Source of the DNA: Monocercomonoides exilis PA203
Taxonomy: Eukaryota > Protista > Preaxostyla
DNA length: 64,000 bases
Direction: 5' to 3'
Assembly (NCBI GenBank): GCA_001643675.2
Contig: LSRY02000004.1
Location: 1,860,001 to 1,924,000, forward strand
The notes under the pieces were generated by a model, which saw only the letters and a program-made list of their open reading frames with translations, did not search any database and was not told the origin of the DNA. This document shows, in pieces, positions 45,755 to 57,811 of this stretch (its first letter is position 1; each line of letters opens with the position of its first letter). The translations under genes were made by a program, and so were the position numbers.

Positions 45755-48700
45755 TTAGACGTGTGCGCTCATTTCAATTTCGTTATCTTTTTCATCATCT
45801 GAATTTTCACTATATTTAGATCTTCTTCTTCTTCTGACAATTACAACAACAACTATAATAATAACAACAACTGCAATCACAAATACAATTGGAACGACAA
45901 CAGCCACAACAATCACAGCTGTTTTTGTTTTTGGTTTTTCTTTTTCATCAGGATTGGGATCTTCGCTGCTTTTCTTCACATACTTCTCATAAACGTCATC
46001 TGGATCAGAAGATGGATCAGATGCTCCAACAACCCACCCTGCATTTGAGTCATTGTAATTTTTGGCGAAATCGAATGCTCCATTTTGTTTACTAAATTCA
46101 TCAAAGTCTGGAGCGATGATGCACAACGATGTCGATGATGAGCCTGCCGAATTTGTTTCATCAATTTCCAAATTATTCTCTGTTGGAAGCGCCAAATTTG
46201 ATGTTGCCTTCTTCATTTCAATGTATATAGCTCCCGATTTGCCTTCTTGAGTAGCGCATGACTTAAATGAACATTTTTCCGATCTTCCTATTTCCACTTT
46301 GGATTTATCTGATTTTAAATCAATGAGTAGACCTGCTGTTTTTGATTTTTTTGAAGAGATTTCATTCATTTTCAATCCTTCAACTTTGACATCGCATGAA
46401 ACACTTTCGCCAGCTTCAATGTTAATCGCAGCTCCTTCAACAATGTCCACTTTACTTATATCCACTCCTTTTAAATTAATCTTGTTCGCTCCATTAATGT
46501 CAATTAATGGCTCGTTAAAGGTAACTTTTTCTTTTTCATCGGAACATGAAACTGAATCCAGATAAATTGAGCCTTTTGAAGCTTTCACAAGATTGATTGC
46601 AATGCTACTACTGCCATCAACGTTTTGGAGAATTCTTCCTTGTGATCCTGTTGTTGGTCTAACAAATCGGCAGTTACTAAGAGTCAAAGATTCTGATTCG
46701 CTATCTGCATAAATTAAAGCAAATGGATCTGCGTTGAAGTTTTTATTAATTTTTTGAACTACATCCAATGAGTTCGGGAAAATGAAGGCTAAATACTTAA
46801 ATGTTACTGTTTGCTTGCACGTAAACAAGTTTCCTCCTGGATGTATATCACAGTTCAACAATGTTTCTTTGTTAACTTCAATTCCATCCTCCTTTTCAAT
46901 TCCTACAATATTTATTCCCTGAGAAACGCTAAACGTGATAAAATCAACCTTAAATGCATTCGCGCTCTTAATAATTTTCATGGAATATTGTCTCTTTTTA
47001 ACATCATTCTTAAATGATCTATACATGTCAATTAGTGAATTAGAAGGATTCTCAAACGATAAACCATCATTCTTCTTCAATCCATCACTTTTTAAATATC
47101 TTTCAACAGATACATCGAAATATTCAGCAGTAAAATCGATATCATCAACACCTGCATCTCCAAATGCTGTAACAACCCAGTCATTCTGTCCTCGCTTGTA
47201 TCCGCTTGCAAACTTACCGTGCATATCAGTTGCGATAGCTTCAATTACTGAAGTCTTAACTTCAAGATATAAGCCTGTATTTTTCACTGTATTGTCTGTC
47301 CCTGCTGTGCATCCGGTGAATGTCAATTTTTCGCTTGAAGGCCAAGTGAATTTCGTGGCATCTTCAATTCCATTCATTTTCAGATAAATACCTCCAGACT
47401 TCCCGTGGGCGCAGGTGCATGAAGTAAATGTTGTAGCGACTGTATCGCGGATTGTAAATGTACTTTCTGAATTGTCGCTTTCAACATACAATGTCCCGCT
47501 TTTTGCTATATCTGCTGATGCTTCTTCTGATTTGCACAGAGAAAATCCGCAGCCGTCCAACGTCACTGCAATGCTCTTCCCACTTCCTCCAACAATTTTC
47601 ATCACAGGACCTGTTTTTGATGTAATCTCTGACATTTGCAAACTTTTCAAAGAAACCTCCGTCACTCCAGTAATCAAAAACGGCGATGTTAAAAACAAAG
47701 CTGGATTATTAGAGGCCGTGCCTATAACTGTTTCCATCGTCAATGTGCCTGCTTCCACTTTCATAAGAGTGGTTCCTAGTGCTTGTGGTTCGCCTCCTTC
47801 ATCATTTCTTCCAGATTTCTGTGGGGTCGGTCGCACAAAATCGCAGCTAATTAAACTCAGCGAAGTTGAAGCAGTTGTTGCATGAATCAATGAATTCGTT
47901 CCTATAAGTCTTCCAAACTCAAAAGAGATCTCCCTGAATTCCACTGTGTGTGTGCAAGTGAATAGATCAACGTCATTTTCAATAGAGCAAACAATAGTTG
48001 CCTTTGCTTCAGTTTCGATTTCGGTTCCGTCATCATTTTCCTGTTTTGTGACTCCCACAACGGTGATTCCCTTTTCTTTGTCAAATGCTACAGCTTCGCT
48101 TGCAGGAACTTTGCCAGTTGCAATAACTTTAATGTGATATCCGTTGTCCCCTGCATTGCCTGTAAGTAAAGTGTTTGCTTTATTCAGAGTATCCACTGGT
48201 GTGTCAAATGCTTCCCCATTTGCATCTGAGGCGCCATTTTGACCCACGTAAATAGTTACAGCCCCTGTTGGATCTGGAACTTCTGGATCGAAATACGTTG
48301 AAGTAAAATCTATTTCATTGGCTGATTGGTCTCCCAATGCTGTAACAACCCAGTCATTCTGTCCTCGCTTGTATCCGCTTGCAAACTTACCGTGCATATC
48401 AGTTGCGATAGCTTCAATTACTGAAGTCTTAACTTCAAGATATAAGCCTGTATTTTTCACTGTATTGTCTGTCCCTGCTGTGCATCCGGTGAATGTCAAT
48501 TTTTCGCTTGAAGGCCAAGTGAATTTCGTGGCATCTTCAATTCCATTCATTTTCAGATAAATACCTCCAGACTTCCCGTGGGCGCAGGTGCATGAAGTAA
48601 ATGTTGTAGCGACTGTATCGCGGATTGTAAATGTACTTTCTGAATTGTCGCTTTCAACATACAATGTCCCGCTTTTTGCTATATCTGCTGATGCTTCTTC

Positions 48701-51700
48701 TGATTTGCACAGAGAAAATCCGCAGCCGTCCAACGTCACTGCAATGCTCTTCCCACTTCCTCCAACAATTTTCATCACAGGACCTGTTTTTGATGTAATC
48801 TCTGACATTTGCAAACTTTTCAAAGAAACCTCCGTCACTCCAGTAATCAAAAACGGCGATGTTAAAAACAAAGCTGGATTATTAGAGGCCGTGCCTATAA
48901 CTGTTTCCATCGTCAATGTGCCTGCTTCCACTTTCATAAGAGTGGTTCCTAGTGCTTGTGGTTCGCCTCCTTCATCATTTCTTCCAGATTTCTGTGGGGT
49001 CGGTCGCACAAAATCGCAGCTAATTAAACTCAGCGAAGTTGAAGCAGTTGTTGCATGAATCAATGAATTCGTTCCTATAAGTCTTCCAAACTCAAAAGAG
49101 ATCTCCCTGAATTCCACTGTGTGTGTGCAAGTGAATAGATCAACGTCATTTTCAATAGAGCAAACAATAGTTGCCTTTGCTTCAGTTTCGATTTCGGTTC
49201 CGTCATCATTTTCCTGTTTTGTGACTCCCACAACGGTGATTCCCTTTTCTTTGTCAAATGCTACAGCTTCGCTTGCAGGAACTTTGCCAGTTGCAATAAC
49301 TTTAATGTGATATCCGTTGTCCCCTGCATTGCCTGTAAGTAAAGTGTTTGCTTTATTCAGAGTATCCACTGGTGTGTCAAATGCTTCCCCATTTGCATCT
49401 GAGGCGCCATTTTGACCCACGTAAATAGTTACAGCCCCTGTTGGATCTGGAACTTCTGGATCGAAATACGTTGAAGTAAAATCTATTTCATTGGCTGATT
49501 GGTCTCCCAATGCTGTAACAACCCAGTCATTCTGTCCTCGCTTGTATCCGCTTGCAAACTTACCGTGCATATCAGTTGCGATAGCTTCAATTACTGAAGT
49601 CTTAACTTCAAGATATAAGCCTGTATTTTTCACTGTATTGTCTGTCCCTGCTGTGCATCCGGTGAATGTCAATTTTTCGCTTGAAGGCCAAGTGAATTTC
49701 GTGGCATCTTCAATTCCATTCATTTTCAGATAAATACCTCCAGACTTCCCGTGGGCGCAGGTGCATGAAGTAAATGTTGTAGCGACTGTATCGCGGATTG
49801 TAAATGTACTTTCTGAATTGTCGCTTTCAACATACAATGTCCCGCTTTTTGCTATATCTGCTGATGCTTCTTCTGATTTGCACAGAGAAAATCCGCAGCC
49901 GTCCAACGTCACTGCAATGCTCTTCCCACTTCCTCCAACAATTTTCATCACAGGACCTGTTTTTGATGTAATCTCTGACATTTGCAAACTTTTCAAAGAA
50001 ACCTCCGTCACTCCAGTAATCAAAAACGGCGATGTTAAAAACAAAGCTGGATTATTAGAGGCCGTGCCTATAACTGTTTCCATCGTCAATGTGCCTGCTT
50101 CCACTTTCATAAGAGTGGTTCCTAGTGCTTGTGGTTCGCCTCCTTCATCATTTCTTCCAGATTTCTGTGGGGTCGGTCGCACAAAATCGCAGCTAATTAA
50201 ACTCAGCGAAGTTGAAGCAGTTGTTGCATGAATCAATGAATTCGTTCCTATAAGTCTTCCAAACTCAAAAGAGATCTCCCTGAATTCCACTGTGTGTGTG
50301 CAAGTGAATAGATCAACGTCATTTTCAATAGAGCAAACAATAGTTGCCTTTGCTTCAGTTTCGATTTCGGTTCCGTCATCATTTTCCTGTTTTGTGACTC
50401 CCACAACGGTGATTCCCTTTTCTTTGTCAAATGCTACAGCTTCGCTTGCAGGAACTTTGCCAGTTGCAATAACTTTAATGTGATATCCGTTGTCCCCTGC
50501 ATTGCCTGTAAGTAAAGTGTTTGCTTTATTCAGAGTATCCACTGGTGTGTCAAATGCTTCCCCATTTGCATCTGAGGCGCCATTTTGACCCACGTAAATA
50601 GTTACAGCCCCTGTTGGATCTGGAACTTCTGGATCGAAATACGTTGAAGTAAAATCTATTTCATTGGCTGATTGGTCTCCCAATGCTGTAACAACCCAGT
50701 CATTCTGTCCTCGCTTGTATCCGCTTGCAAACTTACCGTGCATATCAGTTGCGATAGCTTCAATTACTGAAGTCTTAACTTCAAGATATAAGCCTGTATT
50801 TTTCACTGTATTGTCTGTCCCTGCTGTGCATCCGGTGAATGTCAATTTTTCGCTTGAAGGCCAAGTGAATTTCGTGGCATCTTCAATTCCATTCATTTTC
50901 AGATAAATACCTCCAGACTTCCCGTGGGCGCAGGTGCATGAAGTAAATGTTGTAGCGACTGTATCGCGGATTGTAAATGTACTTTCTGAATTGTCGCTTT
51001 CAACATACAATGTCCCGCTTTTTGCTATATCTGCTGATGCTTCTTCTGATTTGCACAGAGAAAATCCGCAGCCGTCCAACGTCACTGCAATGCTCTTCCC
51101 ACTTCCTCCAACAATTTTCATCACAGGACCTGTTTTTGATGTAATCTCTGACATTTGCAAACTTTTCAAAGAAACCTCCGTCACTCCAGTAATCAAAAAC
51201 GGCGATGTTAAAAACAAAGCTGGATTATTAGAGGCCGTGCCTATAACTGTTTCCATCGTCAATGTGCCTGCTTCCACTTTCATAAGAGTGGTTCCTAGTG
51301 CTTGTGGTTCGCCTCCTTCATCATTTCTTCCAGATTTCTGTGGGGTCGGTCGCACAAAATCGCAGCTAATTAAACTCAGCGAAGTTGAAGCAGTTGTTGC
51401 ATGAATCAATGAATTCGTTCCTATAAGTCTTCCAAACTCAAAAGAGATCTCCCTGAATTCCACTGTGTGTGTGCAAGTGAATAGATCAACGTCATTTTCA
51501 ATAGAGCAAACAATAGTTGCCTTTGCTTCAGTTTCGATTTCGGTTCCGTCATCATTTTCCTGTTTTGTGACTCCCACAACGGTGATTCCCTTTTCTTTGT
51601 CAAATGCTACAGCTTCGCTTGCAGGAACTTTGCCAGTTGCAATAACTTTAATGTGATATCCGTTGTCCCCTGCATTGCCTGTAAGTAAAGTGTTTGCTTT

Positions 51701-51865
51701 ATTCAGAGTATCCACTGGTGTGTCAAATGCTTCCCCATTTGCATCTGAGGCGCCATTTTGACCCACGTAAATAGTTACAGCCCCTGTTGGATCTGGAACT
51801 TCTGGATCTTCACTTTCCAAGAATATTGTTGTTATTATTAAAATTAATTTTAAAAAGTTTATCAT
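45755..51865 (-). CDS. Type I membrane surface protein (about 2036 aa): signal peptide, four near-identical 391-aa repeats, one diverged repeat, TM helix and short cytoplasmic tail
   Basis: ATG at 51865 (MINFLKLILIITTIFLES). Uninterrupted ORF. C-terminal AVIVVAVVVPIVFVIAVVVIIIVVVVIV followed by RRRRS. Confidence 0.88.
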   Translation of the reverse strand: MINFLKLILIITTIFLESEDPEVPDPTGAVTIYVGQNGASDANGEAFDTPVDTLNKANTLLTGNAGDNGYHIKVIATGKVPASEAVAFDKEKGITVVGVTKQENDDGTEIETEAKATIVCSIENDVDLFTCTHTVEFREISFEFGRLIGTNSLIHATTASTSLSLISCDFVRPTPQKSGRNDEGGEPQALGTTLMKVEAGTLTMETVIGTASNNPALFLTSPFLITGVTEVSLKSLQMSEITSKTGPVMKIVGGSGKSIAVTLDGCGFSLCKSEEASADIAKSGTLYVESDNSESTFTIRDTVATTFTSCTCAHGKSGGIYLKMNGIEDATKFTWPSSEKLTFTGCTAGTDNTVKNTGLYLEVKTSVIEAIATDMHGKFASGYKRGQNDWVVTALGDQSANEIDFTSTYFDPEVPDPTGAVTIYVGQNGASDANGEAFDTPVDTLNKANTLLTGNAGDNGYHIKVIATGKVPASEAVAFDKEKGITVVGVTKQENDDGTEIETEAKATIVCSIENDVDLFTCTHTVEFREISFEFGRLIGTNSLIHATTASTSLSLISCDFVRPTPQKSGRNDEGGEPQALGTTLMKVEAGTLTMETVIGTASNNPALFLTSPFLITGVTEVSLKSLQMSEITSKTGPVMKIVGGSGKSIAVTLDGCGFSLCKSEEASADIAKSGTLYVESDNSESTFTIRDTVATTFTSCTCAHGKSGGIYLKMNGIEDATKFTWPSSEKLTFTGCTAGTDNTVKNTGLYLEVKTSVIEAIATDMHGKFASGYKRGQNDWVVTALGDQSANEIDFTSTYFDPEVPDPTGAVTIYVGQNGASDANGEAFDTPVDTLNKANTLLTGNAGDNGYHIKVIATGKVPASEAVAFDKEKGITVVGVTKQENDDGTEIETEAKATIVCSIENDVDLFTCTHTVEFREISFEFGRLIGTNSLIHATTASTSLSLISCDFVRPTPQKSGRNDEGGEPQALGTTLMKVEAGTLTMETVIGTASNNPALFLTSPFLITGVTEVSLKSLQMSEITSKTGPVMKIVGGSGKSIAVTLDGCGFSLCKSEEASADIAKSGTLYVESDNSESTFTIRDTVATTFTSCTCAHGKSGGIYLKMNGIEDATKFTWPSSEKLTFTGCTAGTDNTVKNTGLYLEVKTSVIEAIATDMHGKFASGYKRGQNDWVVTALGDQSANEIDFTSTYFDPEVPDPTGAVTIYVGQNGASDANGEAFDTPVDTLNKANTLLTGNAGDNGYHIKVIATGKVPASEAVAFDKEKGITVVGVTKQENDDGTEIETEAKATIVCSIENDVDLFTCTHTVEFREISFEFGRLIGTNSLIHATTASTSLSLISCDFVRPTPQKSGRNDEGGEPQALGTTLMKVEAGTLTMETVIGTASNNPALFLTSPFLITGVTEVSLKSLQMSEITSKTGPVMKIVGGSGKSIAVTLDGCGFSLCKSEEASADIAKSGTLYVESDNSESTFTIRDTVATTFTSCTCAHGKSGGIYLKMNGIEDATKFTWPSSEKLTFTGCTAGTDNTVKNTGLYLEVKTSVIEAIATDMHGKFASGYKRGQNDWVVTAFGDAGVDDIDFTAEYFDVSVERYLKSDGLKKNDGLSFENPSNSLIDMYRSFKNDVKKRQYSMKIIKSANAFKVDFITFSVSQGINIVGIEKEDGIEVNKETLLNCDIHPGGNLFTCKQTVTFKYLAFIFPNSLDVVQKINKNFNADPFALIYADSESESLTLSNCRFVRPTTGSQGRILQNVDGSSSIAINLVKASKGSIYLDSVSCSDEKEKVTFNEPLIDINGANKINLKGVDISKVDIVEGAAINIEAGESVSCDVKVEGLKMNEISSKKSKTAGLLIDLKSDKSKVEIGRSEKCSFKSCATQEGKSGAIYIEMKKATSNLALPTENNLEIDETNSAGSSSTSLCIIAPDFDEFSKQNGAFDFAKNYNDSNAGWVVGASDPSSDPDDVYEKYVKKSSEDPNPDEKEKPKTKTAVIVVAVVVPIVFVIAVVVIIIVVVVIVRRRRRSKYSENSDDEKDNEIEMSAHV
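47163..51808. repeat. Tandem array of about 3.96 x 1173-bp units
   Basis: Shadow ORFs recur identically at +1173 offsets (47415, 48588, 49761, 50934); no differences between copies were noticed by eye. Confidence 0.97.
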
Positions 51866-53199
51866 TTTTGCTTTTATCAGCTTCTGGATCAATTTCTTCG
51901 TGTATTTTGTATTTTATTTTCTTTGTATAAAGGTTTTTTAATTATTTTATTTAAAATTTAAGGTTTTAGTGAATTGTGAGAAAATTTTCTTGATCGATCA
52001 GTTCTTTTTTTTATTTGGAGAGTTTATTTTCGTTATTAAAGACATTCTCTGTGAAATAATCATTGATAATAATATCTATCTATTGGAAAAAATGGTTTTC
52101 AGTTTTTATTTGATAGTTAAAGTTTGATTGATTGTTTTCAGTTTATAGAAATCAAAAAAATATATATATAATATTAAATAATATGAAATAAAAATCAATT
52201 TCAGCATATAATAATGTATTCGTTAATTTTGCAATTGTCGAATTTCAGATTCTGGAAGCATCACTTTTTTTATATCATTAAAAGAAATTTTCTCCTTTTA
52301 TTCGTCTTGGAAAAATGTCAACGTAAAAATACAGGAAATTGGAATTAAATTGCATCCGTTTATAATCACATTTTTCCGCACACAAACGGGGTCTCGACGA
52401 TAGACTGATATTTTTTGAACTGCTCGACAAGCAGGCCGGCAAAACGCTTTCCTTTCATTCGATCTATTTTCTCTCAAAAACTATTTAAAATTAAAATTTA
52501 TTTCTGATAACAAAAAATATTTTTTTTTTGAATTTCAAGTCATTTTTATTATTTAATAATTCAGGTTATCAAAATTATTTTGCACATTTAATTTTTTTAA
52601 AGAACGAAAATTTCAGATTGTGTAATCGACAGGTCTTTGGCAAGATCAGTTGAACGATATAGATCAGTCAAGTCAACAAAAAATGATGAATTTAACAAAT
52701 TTGTTGATAGGTTGGTAGGACCTCATAAAGAAAATCGTGTGCTCTCTGTGTAGTTAACTTTGTTTCTAAACAAAATATTGGTGGATTTTTTTATTTGAAA
52801 TTTTTTCCATAAACTTGAATGCATCAGATTATAATCTTTTATTTTCATTAATAAACATTGAAAATCTATTTTTTTATGAGAATGCGCTGCAATAATTTAT
52901 TTTATAGTTTTAATTTGTCTTTATCCTTTTTAACTTTTTTCTCCAAATTTCGAAACTTTCCTGGAGTCGTTTCAAAAAATAAATTAAAAATATTGATTGA
53001 GATGGTTCTGTAACATAATTTAAGGTCACATAATTTCTTGTCATCAAAATCAATAGGTAAAAATTGATTCAAAAATATATGATATGATTCAATATAAAAA
53101 AGTCATTCAATTTTGTTAAAGCGATAAAAGCGAAAAAACTGAGTATGACTAAATTTTCTATTTTTGAAAGGCAAAGAAAAGTTAAAGATAGAATAGAAT

Positions 53200-54175
53200 C
53201 AGCCAGAATGAATGATGATTTTTTGAGAGAACACTTGAGAGCGGGCGAGATTGACTGATGAGGAAGATGGTGATTGTGGAGCGGATTGTGGGGAAGCCAG
53301 TTGTGAAAGGGATGATACAGCCGGACGGGACGATGAGTATCACGTTTGTTGGGGAGATGCTGTTTGGGAGGAGAGAGAAGAGAAAAGAAAGAGATGTGAA
53401 TAAATGATTGGTATCGGATGGAGAATTGTTGTATTTGGACTCGGACTGGAAGAGAGATATGATGGACGAGTTTGTTCCAATTGGGTGGGTTGTGCTGCAG
53501 CAAAGTGGGCCGTCGATTGCTCTGTGGGATATGATTCATGCGATCGGGAAAGTGTGCCAAGGGAAAGGGTAGATTGAAGTATTTTTCGTTTCGTGTTGTG
53601 TGTTTGTGAGAATGTTGAAGCCACTGTCAGCATCATCGGCATTCCGGTGGATGTAGTATCTGCTGCATGTGAGCAACGAGATCGCGTCTGGAAACAACCT
53701 CCTTCCCCTTCGCGCAGGAACTGCAGCTTTGCATGTGCGCGCTCCGTCCTCTGATTCTGCGCATTCCGCATCTGCTCGACCTATGACTTCTTCGAGTTCT
53801 ATCCGCAACTTTGCCTCATATGTCGGAGTGGCAGGTGGGCAGAGAAAGTCTCCTCAGCCGGCGTCTGGCTCTGTTGGTACCTCTGCCAAAGTGCGCGTCT
53901 GTCCCTCCACGGAGGTGACAAACAGCATTGTGATAATGCATCAGTTCCACAAGCCGGAGCTGTTGCGTGAGCCGCGCGAGCAGCTCTTTTCGAACCGCAG
54001 GGAGCACAGCATCACGTTTGACATTGAAGAAAAGTGAGGCGTTCTGTTTCAGTTGGTTGGGAATCTCATCGTGGGGGTCGTAGGGTTTGTTGTGCGCGAG
54101 CGGTCGGTGCAGTTTGTTGAGCGGATAGCTACGCGAGCGCTTGAGATGGTGGATATTCAAAGAACAACAACTCAA
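53200..54175 (-). pseudogene. GC-rich, coding-like degraded fragment of unknown identity
   Basis: Abrupt GC rise against AT-rich flanks and overlapping frameshifted ORFs (53816-54175, 53536-53808). No recognised motif; strand uncertain. Confidence 0.3.
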
Positions 54176-54632
54176 TTTTCATCTACTAAATTTTGTTCAC
54201 ATTCATTTACGTCTATCTCTTTCTTTTGTAATAAGCATCATGCACATTCACAATTTTTCTTTCAATCCTATAAAAAGCAAATTCAAAATGCTTTAAATGA
54301 AACTTTAATTGTAAAAAAATGTGAAAACAACGAAATTTTTGAGATGACCTTTGCTCTGTTTTCATTTCCCAAATAATTTTTGATTTCAAATATAAATCAT
54401 CTCATAGTGAACCGATGTTAATGAAGGGTGTGAGCTTCCTGTGGATATGAACAGTTGATTTATTACCATTTCTTCTGCTCCAGTGATCTCAACCAGCCTT
54501 GATCCGCGATTGTTTAAGTGTATTAAAGAATACAAAAGAACAAAGCCTTTGATGGTCAATGAATAAGCTGAAACTTAAGGAAAAAAAAAAAAAAAAAAAA
54601 AAAAATATTCACGTAAATTTGTTAAGAACAAT

Positions 54633-55900
54633 CTATCTACGACACCTCTCTATTTTGGGAGTGATAATAATTGGGCTTCTCTCTTGTTCCTCGGTGTATG
54701 CTTGTGTGTCGAATAAAGGTCTCATTGTGAACAAAATGTCATCGATTTCGATCGTTTTACTGCCTTCTGATTCTTGGTCGCCTAGCTCCTCGATCTTTGA
54801 TGGATGCGTGACTTCTGGATCTTGCTCTGTGCTTTCTTTGAGTTTTGGCAGGCTAAATTTGATAATCTCTGAGGAATGGCTTGGTTGTGTGTTCGATGTT
54901 GAGATTAGTTGGTGTGCCATTTGATGGGAGAGATTTGAGGAAAGATAAAACTTTGATGGTGTGTGTGCAGTCGGTGAATGTCTCGCATATTTTGCATCCA
55001 GCACTACTGGAACTTTGTTGAGCATAAGCGTTGATATAGCAGCGTTCTTTGGTATATGGGCGGTCGTGTCTGGGGACTCCTATCCAAGACATTCCTATTC
55101 TGTCTAGTTTCCTAATCCCCTCCACTGTCAGCGGGGTGAATTTCATTGTGTTCAAGAGGAATGTGTCACATTCAGGGCGTCTCTGTTTAATGAATTCCCA
55201 TAGGCACAATTATGTTCTTGTTGGGCAAATCTTTGCGTTTGGCTAATCGAGGAAAGGCACTGAAATGAAGGATGATGAATTTGTCGTCTTGAGCTTCGTT
55301 TGGAGATGCACTGCGCTTGAATCTACAATCGATGAGGTCATTGAGAGCTGTGCCAGTTCACGGAACCTGCAGGCTGTGAATATCATAATTAGCAAAATGC
55401 TCTTTATGGTCAGTTCAAGGAACGACAACTTCTCATTTGGGAAGTCCTGAGAATAGTGTGGAAAAGCGAGGTCTGGCTTCCACATCTCCATGCAAGGTCT
55501 TCTGTGCACCTGGCTTCTGGAGAATGTCCTAAACAGCACATGAAAGAGAGAGTTTCCTCCTTTCTCCTTACCATAGACCACCTTTGAAATGAGGGAAATA
55601 GCCGAACGCGTGGCTGCGAGACACGCATATGAAAAACCTCGGTCCCTTAGGTCTGTAAAACAGTCTACGCAGTTCTTTATCCAGTTTTCAAACTTCTTGG
55701 GGAACTGTCGCAGTGTCAATCTCCTCCATGCTCTGCTGAAGTGTTTGAATCCGAAGCAATACGATCTCCATGTTGTCTGAGCCACACTGTTCTTTGCTGT
55801 ACCTTGGATCCTCACTGGTACTCCACATTGTCTCATGCTCTGTTTCCACCATATTTTGCCTTCGTCTGCCACCAGTTTAGCCACGCTGCCATGTATTCCC
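54633..55900 (-). pseudogene. Tyrosine recombinase of YR element 2 (frameshifted)
   Basis: TWRSYCFGFKHF, TRSAIS, FTACRFRELAQL, CLWEFI, PYT/KNAAISTL, ARHSPTAHTPSKFY. Confidence 0.8.
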
Positions 55901-57811
55901 TTGGGAGAAGAGATGCTCCAGTCTTTCTTAGCTTTTCTCCTGGTATTAGGACCTCCTTTGCGTCCTTCCACACAGCTCGATGAGTCTCCATCTCTTGTAA
56001 CAATTGACTCCATACTTGATTCTTCCAAGCTGGAAGAAGAAGAACCACTCTCGCTCTTTCCGTTTGTACTTTTTTCAGACAAGGCATTATGAGGGGCACA
56101 GGGGGATGTGCCAAGATGACTCCTTCTCTCCAGTCTGCGGTCAGACAGTCCGTGCACCATAGGCTTCCTGGCCCATAACATATCGGTCTTTTCTTGATTC
56201 TTATGTTTGCTAATGCGTCCACATCTGGGACGGCTCCCAGAACTGCTTCTGCTTCGCGAAGATTTTGAGTCCGAATCTCGTAGTCTCCTGCAATTGCAAG
56301 TCTTGACAGCGAGTCTGCTATCACGTTCTTTTCTCCCGGAATGTGAATGGCCTTCAATGTCACCTCCATCGCTTGACATACATTTTAAATCTTTCTCAGG
56401 AGAGAGATCAAGTTCGGTCCTGCTACCCATCTGTTGATATTGAAAACCACTGAGGTATTGTCCGACCGGAGAAGCAGGTTGTGGATTTTGTTGCGCTCCA
56501 GGCTGGAAGAAAAATTGTTGAGCGCAAGGAGAACAGCCAAAAGCTCTCTGTAATTCGATGTTTGTTCCTGAATGTTGGGCTGAGAAGTTTGTGGAAATGT
56601 TGGACGTTCCCCGCAATATTCAAGGTTGCTCCCGCTGCAAACGGAGATGCGTCCGTTGTGAGAACAGCTTCAGGGCTGGCAAAGTCCACCAGCTTCCTGC
56701 TGAACCTTGTATTCAGTCTCTGTAACCATAGCTCCAGTTGCCTCCTCAGACTGCCGTTGAGGCGCACCTCCCCATTCCAACCCGATTCTCTCACGCCTTT
56801 GTTGAGAACCGCATACCATCGGTTCATGAACAAGCTTGCGTCTCTGAACACGAAGCGCGTAGCGCTGAGTAGCACTATGAAGGACGCTAAATCTCTCACC
56901 TTCACAGCCTTGCTGAGCTTCACCCGCTTCATCCATTTCACACATTATTGTCTCAGCTCTTTGCGTCGTTGATCCTCAAGTCTCACTGTCATCTGTTAGC
57001 TGTCCCCTCTCCATCCAAGGGAATCAAAGTGTCTTTTCTGTCATAATTTGCTTTTCTCCATATTTCCCAACAAGCCTAGCTGCCCCAACAATTCCAAAAT
57101 CTCCTTCGTTGCTGCTCTTTGATTATTCCTGTCCTGATGAAGAAGAAGTGTATTGTCAAAATATGTTACACTCCTCACACTCCACCGTTTCCTTTCCTGC
57201 ATCATTTCTTTGCGCATTATCTTGTTAAAGACCCTGGGAGCGTCATTGTATCCATACGGCATTCCCCTGGAACCGAAGAAATCTCCTCTGAACTGGAAAG
57301 CCAGGTAAGGAGTGAACTCTCTGTGTTCCGGTTTGAGGAAATACGCCTGAGAAAGGTCCAAAGAAGTCGCCCAGTCTTTCTTTTGCAGCAGTTTCTCCAC
57401 GGTTCGATGATCGTCCATTTTGAAGTGAACATCCTCCAACTCAACGTTCAGCGGTCTGCAATCCAGGATTTGTCTGTATATCCCATTCTTCTTCTGGATA
57501 AAGAAAATGTTGTTCACGCAACCAACCTGGTCCGCTGTCAGCTTGGTCAACACTTCCGTCCTCAACCCCTCTTGTATCCACTTCGCACAAGCTTGCTCCT
57601 CTTTCTTCCCTCCAATAAAACCTCTGCATCGTCCATTCTCCTTCTTCAGGCGTTCTCTCGAGCTTTTTCCTTTCCAAATCGGTCGTATACCCTCCGTAAT
57701 CACGTCTCCCACTCCAATCTTCTCCCACTCTCGAGTGAAAACCTGGGTTCGGCCTCCTTCTTTCTCTGAAAAAAACGGGTCTTTGGAGGAATGAAAGGTC
57801 TTTTGGAGCAA
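55833..57811 (-). pseudogene. RT-RNase H-MT polyprotein of YR element 2 (interrupted)
   Basis: ORFs 57041-57811 (RT), 56423-56941 (connection/RNase H) and 55833-56369 (RNase H end plus MT-like). Confidence 0.86.

Noticed and set aside
47163-51808. CRISPR-like or satellite array
   Set aside because: Units are 1173 bp, in-frame coding, with no spacers
54501-54518. gatccgcgattgttt resembling the 5' end of YR element 2 (possible split direct repeat)
   Set aside because: Only about 15 nt with mismatches; not distinguishable from chance
55900-56616. N-terminal half of the 457-aa ORF 55243-56616 as a novel domain fused to YR
   Set aside because: It is the alternative frame over RNase H/MT; overlapping frames are usual in DIRS-like elements
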